A stretch of 64,000 nucleotides of DNA from a virus: positions 4,864 to 68,863 of the IMG/VR virus record IMGVR_UViG_3300034418_011142. One strand, 5' to 3'. The position numbers were made by a program, and so were the translations under genes. How positions within the stretch are numbered: the first letter of the stretch is position 1; the number at the start of each line of letters is the position of its first letter. Under the pieces are notes generated by a model. The model worked only from the letters and a program-made list of their open reading frames with translations, searched no databases and was not told where the DNA came from. This document shows, one piece after another, positions 18,299 through 27,945 of this stretch.

Positions 18299-20203
18299 AT
18301 GGCAGATAAAGGCTTATTTAGTAGATTACAAAGATTATTTTCAACTGACGTTATTATTCGTAACGCAGGGGGGAACCAAGTAAAAGTAATTGATAGTAAC
18401 ACAATTCAAACTAGTGGTGAACTACAAACAAATTCATTAATAGATAGATATAATAGAATATTTTCTACTAGTCCTTCTTCCTTATACGGATCCCAATTTA
18501 ATGTAAACTATCAATACCTTAGACCCCAATTATACTCAGAATATGATTTAATGGATCAGGATGCAATTATAGCTTCTGCTTTAGATATTATAGCTGATGA
18601 ATCTACATTAAAAAATGATATGGGTGAAGTATTATCTATTCGTTCTTCAAACGAAGATATCCAAAAAATACTTTATAATTTATTTTATGATGTTTTAAAT
18701 ATTGAGTTTAATTTATGGTCATGGGTTAGACAAATGTCTAAATATGGAGATTTTTTCTTAAAATTAGAAATTTCAGAAAAATTCGGTGTTTATAATGTTA
18801 TACCTTACACTGCTTACCATATTGAAAGACAAGAAGGATTTAATCCTGAAAACCCCTCTGAAATTAGATACAAATATTCCCCAGATGGTTTAGTTAGTTC
18901 TAATTCTGGATTATACAGAGTTCCTGGTCAATCTTTTGAAAATAACCAAAATGGGATATTTTTTGATAATTATGAAATGGCTCATTTCAGATTAATTGGT
19001 GATGTCAATTATCTCCCTTATGGTCGTTCATATATTGAACCGGGACGTAAATTGTTTAAACAATATACGCTAATGGAGGATGCAATGTTGATCCATAGAA
19101 TTGCTCGTGCCCCTGAAAAACGTATTTTCTATATGAATGTTGGATCTATTCCTCCAAATGAAATAGAAAATTTTATGCAAAAAACTATATCTCAAATGAA
19201 ACGTACTCCTTATGTTGACCAAAAGACAGGGGAATACAATTTGAAATATAACATGCAAAACATGATGGAGGATTTCTACATCCCTGTTCGTGGAAATGAC
19301 ACAACAACAAAAATTGAAACCACTCCTGGTTTAGCATATGATGGTATTCAAGATGTTGAATATTTAAGAGATAAGTTATTTGCTGCTCTTAAGATACCAA
19401 AAGCATTCTTAGGATATGATGAAAACATTGAAGGTAAAGCTACATTAGCAGCAGAAGATATTCGTTTCGCTCGTACAATTGAAAGAATACAAAGAATACT
19501 AGTATCAGAACTTAATAAAATAGCACTTGTTCATTTATATTCTCAAGGATATAGAGATGAAGCATTAACTAACTTTGAGTTATCAATGCAAACTCCATCT
19601 ATTATATTTGAACAAGAAAAAATTGAGTTAATGAAGTCTAAAACTGAATTAGCTACATCACTTAAAAATGAAGGATTACTCCCTACAGATTGGATCTATG
19701 ATAATATTTTCCATTTATCAGAGGATCAATATGATGAATATAGAGATTTAATGCGTGAAGATGCTAAACGTAAGTTTAGAATGGCACAAATTGAGGCCGA
19801 AGGTAATGACCCAGTTGAAACCGGTAAATCTTATGGTACTCCTCATGATTTAGCTTCATTGTATGGTAAAGGAAGAATGTATTCTGATCCTGGAAATGTT
19901 CCTGATGGGTATGATGAGGATTCTGATTTAGGTCGTCCTAAAGATAGTATTACTAAACATGGGAAACAAGATAGTAATTTTGGAAAAGACCCATTAGGTG
20001 TAAAACGTATGAAAGATACAGATAAAAATGATTCAAGAGATAGTAGAACAGACACAAATAAATCAGGTTTAGCTCTTGAAAATGCCCAAAGTACTTTTTT
20101 AAAAAATCAAAGTATGTTCAAAAAGATGAATAAAAAACAATTAGTATTTGAACATGATAAAGATAATACATCACTTTTAGATGAAAAACAATTAAAGGAA
20201 TAA
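18299..20203 (+). CDS. Portal protein (T4 gp20-like)
   Basis: LMEDAMLIHRIARAPEKRIFY, EDFYIPVRG, YLRDKLFAALKIP; follows terL. Confidence 0.93.
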   Translation: MADKGLFSRLQRLFSTDVIIRNAGGNQVKVIDSNTIQTSGELQTNSLIDRYNRIFSTSPSSLYGSQFNVNYQYLRPQLYSEYDLMDQDAIIASALDIIADESTLKNDMGEVLSIRSSNEDIQKILYNLFYDVLNIEFNLWSWVRQMSKYGDFFLKLEISEKFGVYNVIPYTAYHIERQEGFNPENPSEIRYKYSPDGLVSSNSGLYRVPGQSFENNQNGIFFDNYEMAHFRLIGDVNYLPYGRSYIEPGRKLFKQYTLMEDAMLIHRIARAPEKRIFYMNVGSIPPNEIENFMQKTISQMKRTPYVDQKTGEYNLKYNMQNMMEDFYIPVRGNDTTTKIETTPGLAYDGIQDVEYLRDKLFAALKIPKAFLGYDENIEGKATLAAEDIRFARTIERIQRILVSELNKIALVHLYSQGYRDEALTNFELSMQTPSIIFEQEKIELMKSKTELATSLKNEGLLPTDWIYDNIFHLSEDQYDEYRDLMREDAKRKFRMAQIEAEGNDPVETGKSYGTPHDLASLYGKGRMYSDPGNVPDGYDEDSDLGRPKDSITKHGKQDSNFGKDPLGVKRMKDTDKNDSRDSRTDTNKSGLALENAQSTFLKNQSMFKKMNKKQLVFEHDKDNTSLLDEKQLKE

Positions 20204-20213
20204 TAATCTTTAC

Positions 20214-20226
20214 ATATTTATAAATA
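20214..20226 (+). promoter_or_regulatory. Putative late promoter
   Basis: ATATTTATAAATA. Confidence 0.65.
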
Positions 20227-20236
20227 AATATATTTT

Positions 20237-21106
20237 TTGATGAAAATTAAACACTCCAAGTACAAAAATACGGGTATCCTATTTGAACTATTGGTGCGTC
20301 AAATTACTGCGGATACATTAAAAGGTGGAGATTCTCCAGCTATTGATATACTTAAAGAACATTTTGTAAAAACTTCTTTGGGTCGCGAGTATAAGTTGTA
20401 TGAATCAATTTTAAAATCTAAAGTTTTAAATGAAGGAAGAGCTAATATGGTAATATCTACTATTTTAGAATCTTCTTCTAAATTTAATCGTACCTCGTTA
20501 AGAAAACAAAAATATAATTTAATTAATGAAATCAAAAAACATTATGATTTAGATGTTTTCTTTGGTGCTAAAATTAAAAACTATAAAGAATTAGCTTCAC
20601 TATACACTTTAATTGAAGGATATAACTCAAAAGAAGCTAGTGATTCCCAACAATTAATAGATAATAAAGTAACTTTATTAGAACATTTAACTAAACAAGA
20701 AGTAAATGAAAAAGAAGTTAAAGAAGATGTTCTAAAGGAATTTCAAACATATGATAAAGATTTAAGAATTCTTACTTATAAAGTACTTTTAGAAAAATTT
20801 AATTCTAAATACGAAAATTTATCTACAGAACAAAAACAAGTACTTAAAGAATTTATTAATTCGGTAGATTCAACCCCTGGATTAAGAGATTTTTACAATA
20901 GTAAAATAAATGACTTACAAGCTACTTTAAACGAAGAAGTTAAAAATATTAAAGATAAAGCTACACAAATTAAAATTACAGAAGTAGCTAAATATTTAGT
21001 TGAATTAGATAAAACTACTAAAATTACAAATGATAATTTAGTTGACTTGTTACAATATTACGAATTAGTAAAAGAAATTAAAGTAGCAAATGGGGTTCAA
21101 GTATAA
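20237..21106 (+). CDS. Helical head-module protein (unknown function)
   Basis: KHSKYKNTGILFELLVRQIT N-terminus; lies between portal and protease. Confidence 0.65.
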   Translation: MMKIKHSKYKNTGILFELLVRQITADTLKGGDSPAIDILKEHFVKTSLGREYKLYESILKSKVLNEGRANMVISTILESSSKFNRTSLRKQKYNLINEIKKHYDLDVFFGAKIKNYKELASLYTLIEGYNSKEASDSQQLIDNKVTLLEHLTKQEVNEKEVKEDVLKEFQTYDKDLRILTYKVLLEKFNSKYENLSTEQKQVLKEFINSVDSTPGLRDFYNSKINDLQATLNEEVKNIKDKATQIKITEVAKYLVELDKTTKITNDNLVDLLQYYELVKEIKVANGVQV

Positions 21107-21686
21107 ACTTAGTGAAAAATTTAAAGTAGGGGATACTGAAGTAAGAGATGGTGTTAAGTCAACAGTTGTAGATATTGACCCTGAAACTGGTGCTATTTCA
21201 TGGGATATTGAAAATGTACCTGCTATTGGTTCTACCTTTAAAGAATTTCAAGATTTAAGAAAGTTTATAACTGCTTTATCTCGTGAAACTAAAGATGAAG
21301 TAATTGATGATATTGCAAATGATATTCGTAATATATTTAACAAATATAGAACACATATTAGAAAAAATTATCCTGAATCTTATAAAAGATTTACTATGAA
21401 TGAAGAAGAAGTAGAAGAAATATCTACTTCAGCAGGTGCAGGTGCTTATTTAACTAAATATGCTTTTAAAAAACCTAAAAAACAGGAAAAATTACCTGAA
21501 GGAGTAGGGGCAACATTAGGACCCGGCCCAAAAGCAGGACCAGAAGGTGTAAAGGATAATTATTACGTTAAAAAATTTAAATTTAAATTAGTTCCTAAAA
21601 ATAAAAATGGGAATTATGTCCAAAAAGGTAGTGGTTTAGAAGTTAAAAACTTATTCAAAGATGACAAACCTCATGGATATGTATAA
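21090..21686 (+). CDS. Putative prohead core/internal protein
   Basis: Leader MGFKYKLSE; module EEISTSAGAGAYLTKYAF. Confidence 0.5.
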   Translation: MGFKYKLSEKFKVGDTEVRDGVKSTVVDIDPETGAISWDIENVPAIGSTFKEFQDLRKFITALSRETKDEVIDDIANDIRNIFNKYRTHIRKNYPESYKRFTMNEEEVEEISTSAGAGAYLTKYAFKKPKKQEKLPEGVGATLGPGPKAGPEGVKDNYYVKKFKFKLVPKNKNGNYVQKGSGLEVKNLFKDDKPHGYV

Positions 21687-21924
21687 GTATAAATTAATTG
21701 AACAAGAAGAATCTAAAGCTAAAAACTTCCAAGAAGAACGTATAAGAGCTTTTGATGTACTTGAAAATAAATTAGACGAACTAAAAAAATTACTACGTCA
21801 GAGTAAAATTGAAACTATAAAATACTACAGAAATAACCCACAAAGTTTTGGTGTAGTAGTAGGAACAGATTTAATTACTGACTATTTTAAAGATATTGAA
21901 ACATTACTAAAATCAAAAGAATGA
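21679..21924 (+). CDS. Small head-module protein
   Basis: Probable start at 21679 (MYKYKLIE, like the neighbour's leader); the ORF track starts it at 21661. Confidence 0.5.
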   Translation: MYKYKLIEQEESKAKNFQEERIRAFDVLENKLDELKKLLRQSKIETIKYYRNNPQSFGVVVGTDLITDYFKDIETLLKSKE

Positions 21925-23210
21925 AAAAAGCAGAAAAATTATTTAAAGATTTGCTAAATGAAAATTTAGGATATATTGATCTTAAACCTATTAGCCAAAT
22001 AGAAACTACACCTAAAGCAGATTTTGAAAATAAATTTGCTGAATTTTTAGCTGAAGAAAGCAAAAGAGAAAAAGAAGATGAAGCTGTAAAAGTTGATTCT
22101 AAAAAAGTAGCTAAATCTGTTGAAGAAATTGAAGACCATAATTTTGACTATAAAGATCAAAAGAATTTAGATAATCAAATTGGTCAAGAAGTAATGAATG
22201 GTGTTTACTTTGAAGCTAAACAAAACCCAGATAAAACAATTGATGAAATTAAAGAAATTGTAAGTAAAAATTTAGCTAAAGATCGTCAGTATTATATGAA
22301 AAATGCTGCTTTTGGTGTAGAAGGAATTGGATATGAAGATACAGAGTTGGAAGAAGTTAGTGGTAAATATGCTGCTAGTGGATATTCGGATAAGCTTAAA
22401 AAAGTGGTTAAGGAATCTTTAATGGGAGAATCATATGATGAATTCCAGCGCGATGATAAAGGTGCTAAAGGTGTAGATAAAAAAGATAAAGGTGAAGAAG
22501 AAGCATTTGGTGCTGGGGTAGAAAAAGGTGAAAAAATCGAAAAGAAAAAGATGTCTAAAAAAGCTAAAAAAGAATCAATTGATACTGATTTAGCTGAAAT
22601 TGATAAACAAGCCCAAATTGTAGCTTTAGAAGCTAAATTAAATAAAATAGATGAAGTTATTGAAAGTAAAATGAGCCGTATCAATATGGTATCCGAAGAT
22701 GAAAACTTATCTGAATTAGTAGATAAGAAGAAAATGAAAGCCATGCAAAAAGAAGTTAAAGTCTTAGAAAAAAGAAAAGCTAAGATGGGAAAAATGTATG
22801 AAAAAATGTGTGGTAAAACATATCAAAGAGAAGAAATCGTAGATGAAGTGGAAACTATTAATGAAAATGAGCAATTAAATGAAAATGATATGGTTGTAAG
22901 CTATAGGGGCGAAAAAATACCTATTAAATTTACAGGATTTAAAGCTTTTGATGGAAGAGATGGTAGCCGTGATACAACAGACAATAAAGGTAGATTTGTT
23001 GTAGCTTTAGATGCAGAAAGAACTGATGGTAAACCATTTATAGATAAAGAAAAATTTACTGTACATATTGTTACTAACCCAGGTGTTAGTAAAATAACCC
23101 AAGATGGAACCGTTCCTTTCCCTGATTTTAGTTCTTATACATTTAAACCAAAAGTTGAAGATTTTGGGAAAACTATAGATTTTATTAAAAAAAATATAGA
23201 TAATGGGTAA
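21921..23210 (+). CDS. Putative prohead core protein (charged, coiled coil)
   Basis: LLNE/LAE/VKE/INE/LNE sites; directly upstream of the protease. Confidence 0.55.
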   Translation: MKKAEKLFKDLLNENLGYIDLKPISQIETTPKADFENKFAEFLAEESKREKEDEAVKVDSKKVAKSVEEIEDHNFDYKDQKNLDNQIGQEVMNGVYFEAKQNPDKTIDEIKEIVSKNLAKDRQYYMKNAAFGVEGIGYEDTELEEVSGKYAASGYSDKLKKVVKESLMGESYDEFQRDDKGAKGVDKKDKGEEEAFGAGVEKGEKIEKKKMSKKAKKESIDTDLAEIDKQAQIVALEAKLNKIDEVIESKMSRINMVSEDENLSELVDKKKMKAMQKEVKVLEKRKAKMGKMYEKMCGKTYQREEIVDEVETINENEQLNENDMVVSYRGEKIPIKFTGFKAFDGRDGSRDTTDNKGRFVVALDAERTDGKPFIDKEKFTVHIVTNPGVSKITQDGTVPFPDFSSYTFKPKVEDFGKTIDFIKKNIDNG

Positions 23211-23808
23211 ATCACTCTTAATAGAAACTAATACCTTTAAGGTTAACCCTCTTCAATTAACAGAAAATGTTAACAAGGAGACGGGTAACTTAATGGTTGA
23301 AGGAATTTTAGCTACTGCTGAAGTTAAAAACGGAAATGGTAGATATTATTCTAAAGATCTCTGGAATAGAGAAATGGATAAGTATGATGAACTTATCAAA
23401 GAAAGACGCTCAATGGGCGAACTAGACCATCCAGAATCTTCAGTTATAAACCTCCAAAACGTATCTCATTTAATCTCAGACTATTGGTGGGATGGAGATA
23501 ATGTAATGGGTAAAATAGAAATTTTACCTACTCCTTCAGGTAATATACTTAAAGAACTAATTAAAGCAGGTGTAACAGTAGGTGTTTCATCTCGTGGAAT
23601 GGGATCGTTAGAGCAAAATGGTAACGTAATGGAAGTACAAGATGACTTTGAATTATTATGTTGGGATTTTGTTTCAACACCTTCTAACCCAGGTTCATTT
23701 ATGCACACTTTAAATGAAGGAAAACAAACATTTGTTTACGATTACAATAAAGTAAATAATATAGTACGAGAAATTCTTTGTTCAAAAGGTTCTTGTCCAA
23801 TAACTTAA
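23203..23808 (+). CDS. Prohead protease (T4 gp21-like)
   Basis: NGNGRYY, GELDHP (His), GVSSRGMGS (Ser), WDFVSTPS. Confidence 0.93.
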   Translation: MGKSLLIETNTFKVNPLQLTENVNKETGNLMVEGILATAEVKNGNGRYYSKDLWNREMDKYDELIKERRSMGELDHPESSVINLQNVSHLISDYWWDGDNVMGKIEILPTPSGNILKELIKAGVTVGVSSRGMGSLEQNGNVMEVQDDFELLCWDFVSTPSNPGSFMHTLNEGKQTFVYDYNKVNNIVREILCSKGSCPIT

Positions 23809-23836
23809 CCCCTCTAAATTCAACCGATTTAGACCT

Positions 23837-23859
23837 AAGCCTTCTTTTTGAAGGCTTTT
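23837..23859 (+). terminator. Intrinsic terminator
   Basis: AAGCCTTC-TTTTT-GAAGGCTT followed by a T-rich tract. Confidence 0.65.
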
Positions 23860-23880
23860 ATATTTTTCCCAAATACTCAT

Positions 23881-23890
23881 ATACGTATAA
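23881..23890 (+). promoter_or_regulatory. Variant late promoter ATACGTATAA
   Basis: Two-mismatch version of ATATTTATAA after the terminator and before the scaffold/capsid genes. Confidence 0.45.
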
Positions 23891-23984
23891 CCGTAATATG
23901 CCATCCCTTATATGGCATCGATAAAAAAATATTCCCTATTACGGTTCCTAATAACCGTATTTCACAAATTTAAATTTTGCGATT

Positions 23985-25334
23985 ATGTCAAACAACAGAG
24001 ATTTGCTTAAAGAAGCAATTGCTGATGCTAAAGCTGTAAAAGAAACTGCTATAGCAAATGCCAAAGCTGCTTTAGAAGAAGCATTTACTCCACATTTAAA
24101 ATCTATGCTAGCTGCTAAGTTAGAAGAGATGGATAAAGACGACGTTGATGAAGGGTACGATAAGTACGAAGAAGACGATGTTAAAATGGAAGAAGTAAAT
24201 GAAACTGAAGAAGTAACTGAGGTAGAAGAGATTGAAGAAGAAATCAATCTTGACGAATTACTTGCAGAACTCGAAGAAGGTGAAGATAAGGACGAAGTTA
24301 AAGAATCTGAAGAAATTGAAGAATCTGAAGAAGTAACCGAACAGGAAGAAGACGAAGCCGAAGAAGAAGGCGAAGACGAAGAAGCTGAAGGTGAAATGGA
24401 AGAGGAAGAAATCGATTTAGAAGACATGACTGAAGACGATCTTAAATCTTTTATCGAAGATGTAATTAAAGACATGGTAGAAGCTGGTGAATTAGAAGCT
24501 GGAGAAGAAATGGAAATGGATGATGAAGAATCAGAAATGGATATGGATATCGAAGTGGAAGATGAAGAAGAAGAAATCATGGAAATGGACGAAGTAAGCT
24601 GGAATGAAAAGAACAACCCTACAAGAGGAGCTAGTAAAAAAGAATTAGATCCTAAAAAGGTTGGAAAATCAACTGCTGCTTATGCCATTAATGAAGAAGA
24701 AGTAACTGAAGGTGATCCTGATGCTGCTGCTAGAGGCCTAGAAAACATTATTAACTTTGTTATCAAGAATGCCAAAAAAGGTAAAGATTGGTTAAAGAAA
24801 AATGTTGAAAAAGGATCTATGCAACAAGCTATGACCGAAATGGAAATAGAAGAAGGTGATCCAGATGCAGCTGCTAGAGGACTTGAAAACATTATTAATT
24901 TTGTCATGAAAAACGCCTCTAAAGGTGCTGATTGGCTTAAAAAGAATGTTAAAGTAGGTTCTATGCAGGATGCTATGACTTCAGAAGCGTTAGCTGAAAT
25001 TGAAGAACTTAAAAAAGAACTTCAAGAAGTTAATTTACTAAATGCTAAATTACTTTACACTAACAAAATCTTCAAATCTAAGAATTTGTCAGAAGACAAA
25101 AAAGTTAAAGTGTTAAAAGCTTTTGATAAAGCTGCAACCGTAAAAGAAGCAAAAGTTATTTTTGAAACATTAAACGAAGGTATGTCATCTAAAATGACAA
25201 AATCCCCAATTAATGAAGTAAAAGGTAGTGCTTCAAAAGCTACAGGAGTTGCTCCTAAGGCTAAACAGCCAATTGTTGAAAACGCTGCATTTGCGCGTAT
25301 GCAAAAATTAGCTGGAATTATTAAAGAAAATTAA
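23985..25334 (+). CDS. Prohead scaffolding/core protein
   Basis: Very acidic; between protease and capsid; LLKEAIADAKAV...ALEEAF N-terminus and RMQKLAGI C-terminus. Confidence 0.8.
   Translation: MSNNRDLLKEAIADAKAVKETAIANAKAALEEAFTPHLKSMLAAKLEEMDKDDVDEGYDKYEEDDVKMEEVNETEEVTEVEEIEEEINLDELLAELEEGEDKDEVKESEEIEESEEVTEQEEDEAEEEGEDEEAEGEMEEEEIDLEDMTEDDLKSFIEDVIKDMVEAGELEAGEEMEMDDEESEMDMDIEVEDEEEEIMEMDEVSWNEKNNPTRGASKKELDPKKVGKSTAAYAINEEEVTEGDPDAAARGLENIINFVIKNAKKGKDWLKKNVEKGSMQQAMTEMEIEEGDPDAAARGLENIINFVMKNASKGADWLKKNVKVGSMQDAMTSEALAEIEELKKELQEVNLLNAKLLYTNKIFKSKNLSEDKKVKVLKAFDKAATVKEAKVIFETLNEGMSSKMTKSPINEVKGSASKATGVAPKAKQPIVENAAFARMQKLAGIIKEN
24708..24980 (+). repeat. Internal duplication in the scaffold gene (144-nt period)
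   Basis: EGDPDAAARGLENIINFV.KNA.KG.DWLKKNV..GSMQ.AMT occurs twice, at 24708-24836 and 24852-24980. Confidence 0.9.
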
Positions 25335-25362
25335 AAATTAAAACTTAAAAAAACTTAAAATC

Positions 25363-26985
25363 ATGAGTTTACAAACTTTATTAGAAAGTGCAAACCCATA
25401 TCACTCAGTACAAAGCGATGCCGCTAGATTGTCTGAAAAGTGGGAAAAAACAGGTTTGTTAGAAGGTTTGAAAGGTGCTTCCAAAAATAACATGGGAATG
25501 ATCCTTGAAAACCAAGCTAAGCAACTTGTAGTAGAAAGCTCTCAAACGGGTGGTGGTAGTGCCTCACAAGGTACCTTTACTGCTGGTGTAGGTGAGCAAT
25601 GGGCTGGCGTAGCTCTTCCTTTAGTACGTAAAGTATTTGGACAGATCGCTGCTCAAGAATTCGTATCAGTACAACCAATGAACTTACCTTCTGGTCTTGT
25701 ATTTTTCCTAGATTTCCAATATGGAACTTCTAAGAATCCATTTACTAGTGGTGATTCTATGTATGGTGATGCTGGTGCTGATCCATTTGGAAATACTAAC
25801 ACAGGTGGTCTTTACGGAGCTGGTAGATTTAGTTATTCAATCAATAATACTGCATCAACAGCAACTATTACACCAACTACAGCCTCTTGGTCTGACTTAA
25901 ACTTCGATTCTGATTATTCAGCTTCTGCTACAGCTAACAAGTACAGACTTGTAACTTTTAGTCTTGCAAACAAAAATGCTGATTTCGAAGGTGCTAGAGC
26001 ATTTGTTCTTGAAGGTGGAGTTGGAGTTGAGGAAGGTATTGCTTTACCTCAATTTACTACTGTATCAGGAACTGACGTAGTTTTCGTAATTTCTTCTTCA
26101 TCTGAAGTAGGTGGTGGTGGTGCTGGATCTTACACTGTAGATTACCAGGTACAACCAACTGACCAATATAGAGGTGATTTCGAAGATGGAAACAATTCAT
26201 TAAACGGAGGAAATACTCCAATTTCTATCCCAGAAATTAACGTACAGATGAAATCATCTGCTATCGTAGCTAAAACTCGTAAGTTGAAAGCTGTATGGAC
26301 TCCTGAGTTCGCACAAGACTTGAACGCTTACCATGCTCTAGATGCTGAAGCTGAATTAACTTCTATCTTAAGTGAGTACATTTCACTAGAAATTGACCTT
26401 GAGATCCTAGATATGTTGATTGAGTCTGCTGCTGCTGGAACAGAAGTATGGTCAGCTGTAAATAACAGATCTATCGTAGATAACGGTGCTGATGGTACTA
26501 TTTCAGACCTAGGTTTCTACAATAGCCAAGGACAGTGGTTCCAAACTTTAGGAACTAAAATCCAAAAATTAAGTAACATCATCCACCAGAAAACTCTTAG
26601 AGGTGGTGCTAACTTCCTAGTATGTTCTCCAACTGTAGGTACTATCCTAGAATCTATTCCAGGATTTGCTGCTGATTCAGATGGTGATACTTCTAAAGCA
26701 AGTTACGCTTTTGGTGTACAAAAAGTAGGTGCTATTAACAGCCGTCAGAAAGTTTATAAGAACCCTTACATGAAAGAAAACCAAATCCTATTAGGATTTA
26801 GAGGTGGACAGTTCTTAGAAGCTGGTGCTGTATTTGCTCCATACATTCCATTAATCATGACTCCTCTTGTATACGATCCAGATACGTTTACTCCACGTAA
26901 AGGTCTCTTGACTCGTTACGCTAAGAAGATGGTACGTCCTGAATTCTATGGATTGATCAAAGTAAATGGTTTAAATACTCTATAA
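25363..26985 (+). CDS. Major capsid protein (T4 gp23-like)
   Basis: LPLVRKVF, VSVQPMNLPSGLVF, AKTRKLKAVWTPEFAQDLNAYH, FAPYIPL, PRKGLLTRY. Confidence 0.96.
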   Translation: MSLQTLLESANPYHSVQSDAARLSEKWEKTGLLEGLKGASKNNMGMILENQAKQLVVESSQTGGGSASQGTFTAGVGEQWAGVALPLVRKVFGQIAAQEFVSVQPMNLPSGLVFFLDFQYGTSKNPFTSGDSMYGDAGADPFGNTNTGGLYGAGRFSYSINNTASTATITPTTASWSDLNFDSDYSASATANKYRLVTFSLANKNADFEGARAFVLEGGVGVEEGIALPQFTTVSGTDVVFVISSSSEVGGGGAGSYTVDYQVQPTDQYRGDFEDGNNSLNGGNTPISIPEINVQMKSSAIVAKTRKLKAVWTPEFAQDLNAYHALDAEAELTSILSEYISLEIDLEILDMLIESAAAGTEVWSAVNNRSIVDNGADGTISDLGFYNSQGQWFQTLGTKIQKLSNIIHQKTLRGGANFLVCSPTVGTILESIPGFAADSDGDTSKASYAFGVQKVGAINSRQKVYKNPYMKENQILLGFRGGQFLEAGAVFAPYIPLIMTPLVYDPDTFTPRKGLLTRYAKKMVRPEFYGLIKVNGLNTL

Positions 26986-27012
26986 TTAGAGCTTAAACAT
27001 ACTTTATAAATT

Positions 27013-27038
27013 AACCCGGCCTTGTGCCGGGTTTTTTT
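27013..27038 (+). terminator. Intrinsic terminator after the capsid gene
   Basis: AACCCGGC-CTTGT-GCCGGGTT plus T run. Confidence 0.9.
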
Positions 27039-27047
27039 ATCCTTTTC

Positions 27048-27058
27048 ATATTTATAAC
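27048..27058 (+). promoter_or_regulatory. Putative late promoter
   Basis: ATATTTATAAC right after the terminator. Confidence 0.65.
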
Positions 27059-27181
27059 TAACAAACGTTACATGGGTATACTACTTATCTCATTATATTC
27101 TTATATTAAAATTTACCCGTTTATTAACGTATTTACACTGTTTGCTTTAATCATTTGTATAACCCCTAAATTAAGAAGTCT

Positions 27182-27919
27182 ATGGCGTCTAAACCGCATA
27201 CAGACGACGTGTATCGTCCTAAGAGAATTCCAAAAAACCCAATTAAGTTTAAACTCCAACTTAATGAAGAACAAAAACAAGCGAAAGCAGTTATACTCGA
27301 AAATACAATTACCTTATTAGCAGGTGGAGCTGGAAGTGGTAAAACACTTTTAGCATGTAATGTTGCATTAGATGGTCTGTTAAGAAGAATGTATGATAAA
27401 ATCATAATCACCAGACCTACAGTATCAAAAGAAGAAATAGGTTTCCTCCCAGGTGACCTAAGAGAAAAAATGGATCCCTGGGTTCAACCTATATACCAAA
27501 ATTTTTACCAACTATATGATAAAGTTAAAATCGAAAAACTTATTGAAGATGGTAAAATAGAAATTGTACCTGTATCATTTATGAGAGGTAGAACATTTTT
27601 AGATTCAATGATTATAGTAGATGAAGCACAAAATGTTACTCATGAACAAATGGAAATGATTACTTCACGTATTGGTTTAAGAAGTAAAATGATGATATGT
27701 GGAGATTCACACCAAACAGATCTAAAGAAAAAATCAGATTCTGGGTTTAAATTTTTATATACAGCAGCAAGAAAAATTAAAAATTTAGAAGCTATTACTT
27801 TAACTACTAACCATAGAGATTCAATTGTAGAAGATTTATTAAAATATTATCAAGAAGCAGTAGAAAGAGGTATATCAATTACTACTTCTGGATCATATAT
27901 TTATAATAATAAGAACTAA
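27182..27919 (+). CDS. phoH: PhoH-family ATPase
   Basis: GGAGSGKT, IITRP, IGFLPGDLREK, FMRGRTF, DEAQN, GDSHQTD, NHR. Confidence 0.93.
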   Translation: MASKPHTDDVYRPKRIPKNPIKFKLQLNEEQKQAKAVILENTITLLAGGAGSGKTLLACNVALDGLLRRMYDKIIITRPTVSKEEIGFLPGDLREKMDPWVQPIYQNFYQLYDKVKIEKLIEDGKIEIVPVSFMRGRTFLDSMIIVDEAQNVTHEQMEMITSRIGLRSKMMICGDSHQTDLKKKSDSGFKFLYTAARKIKNLEAITLTTNHRDSIVEDLLKYYQEAVERGISITTSGSYIYNNKN

Positions 27920-27923
27920 CATC

Positions 27924-27937
27924 ATATTTATAATAAA
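27924..27937 (+). promoter_or_regulatory. Putative late promoter (a second copy lies at 27897-27909)
   Basis: ATATTTATAATAAA. Confidence 0.7.
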
Positions 27938-27945
27938 ACAAAATT

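Noticed and set aside
23948-24616. Minus-strand 222-aa Ser-rich ORF
   Set aside because: Antisense reading of Glu-rich GAA codons in the scaffold gene.
16703-26985. Introns or inteins in terminase, portal or capsid genes
   Set aside because: The ORFs are continuous and of ordinary length, with no intein or homing-endonuclease motifs.
27024-27320. 98-aa + strand ORF upstream of and overlapping phoH
   Set aside because: Starts at a GTG inside the terminator hairpin, spans the promoter and overlaps phoH out of frame.
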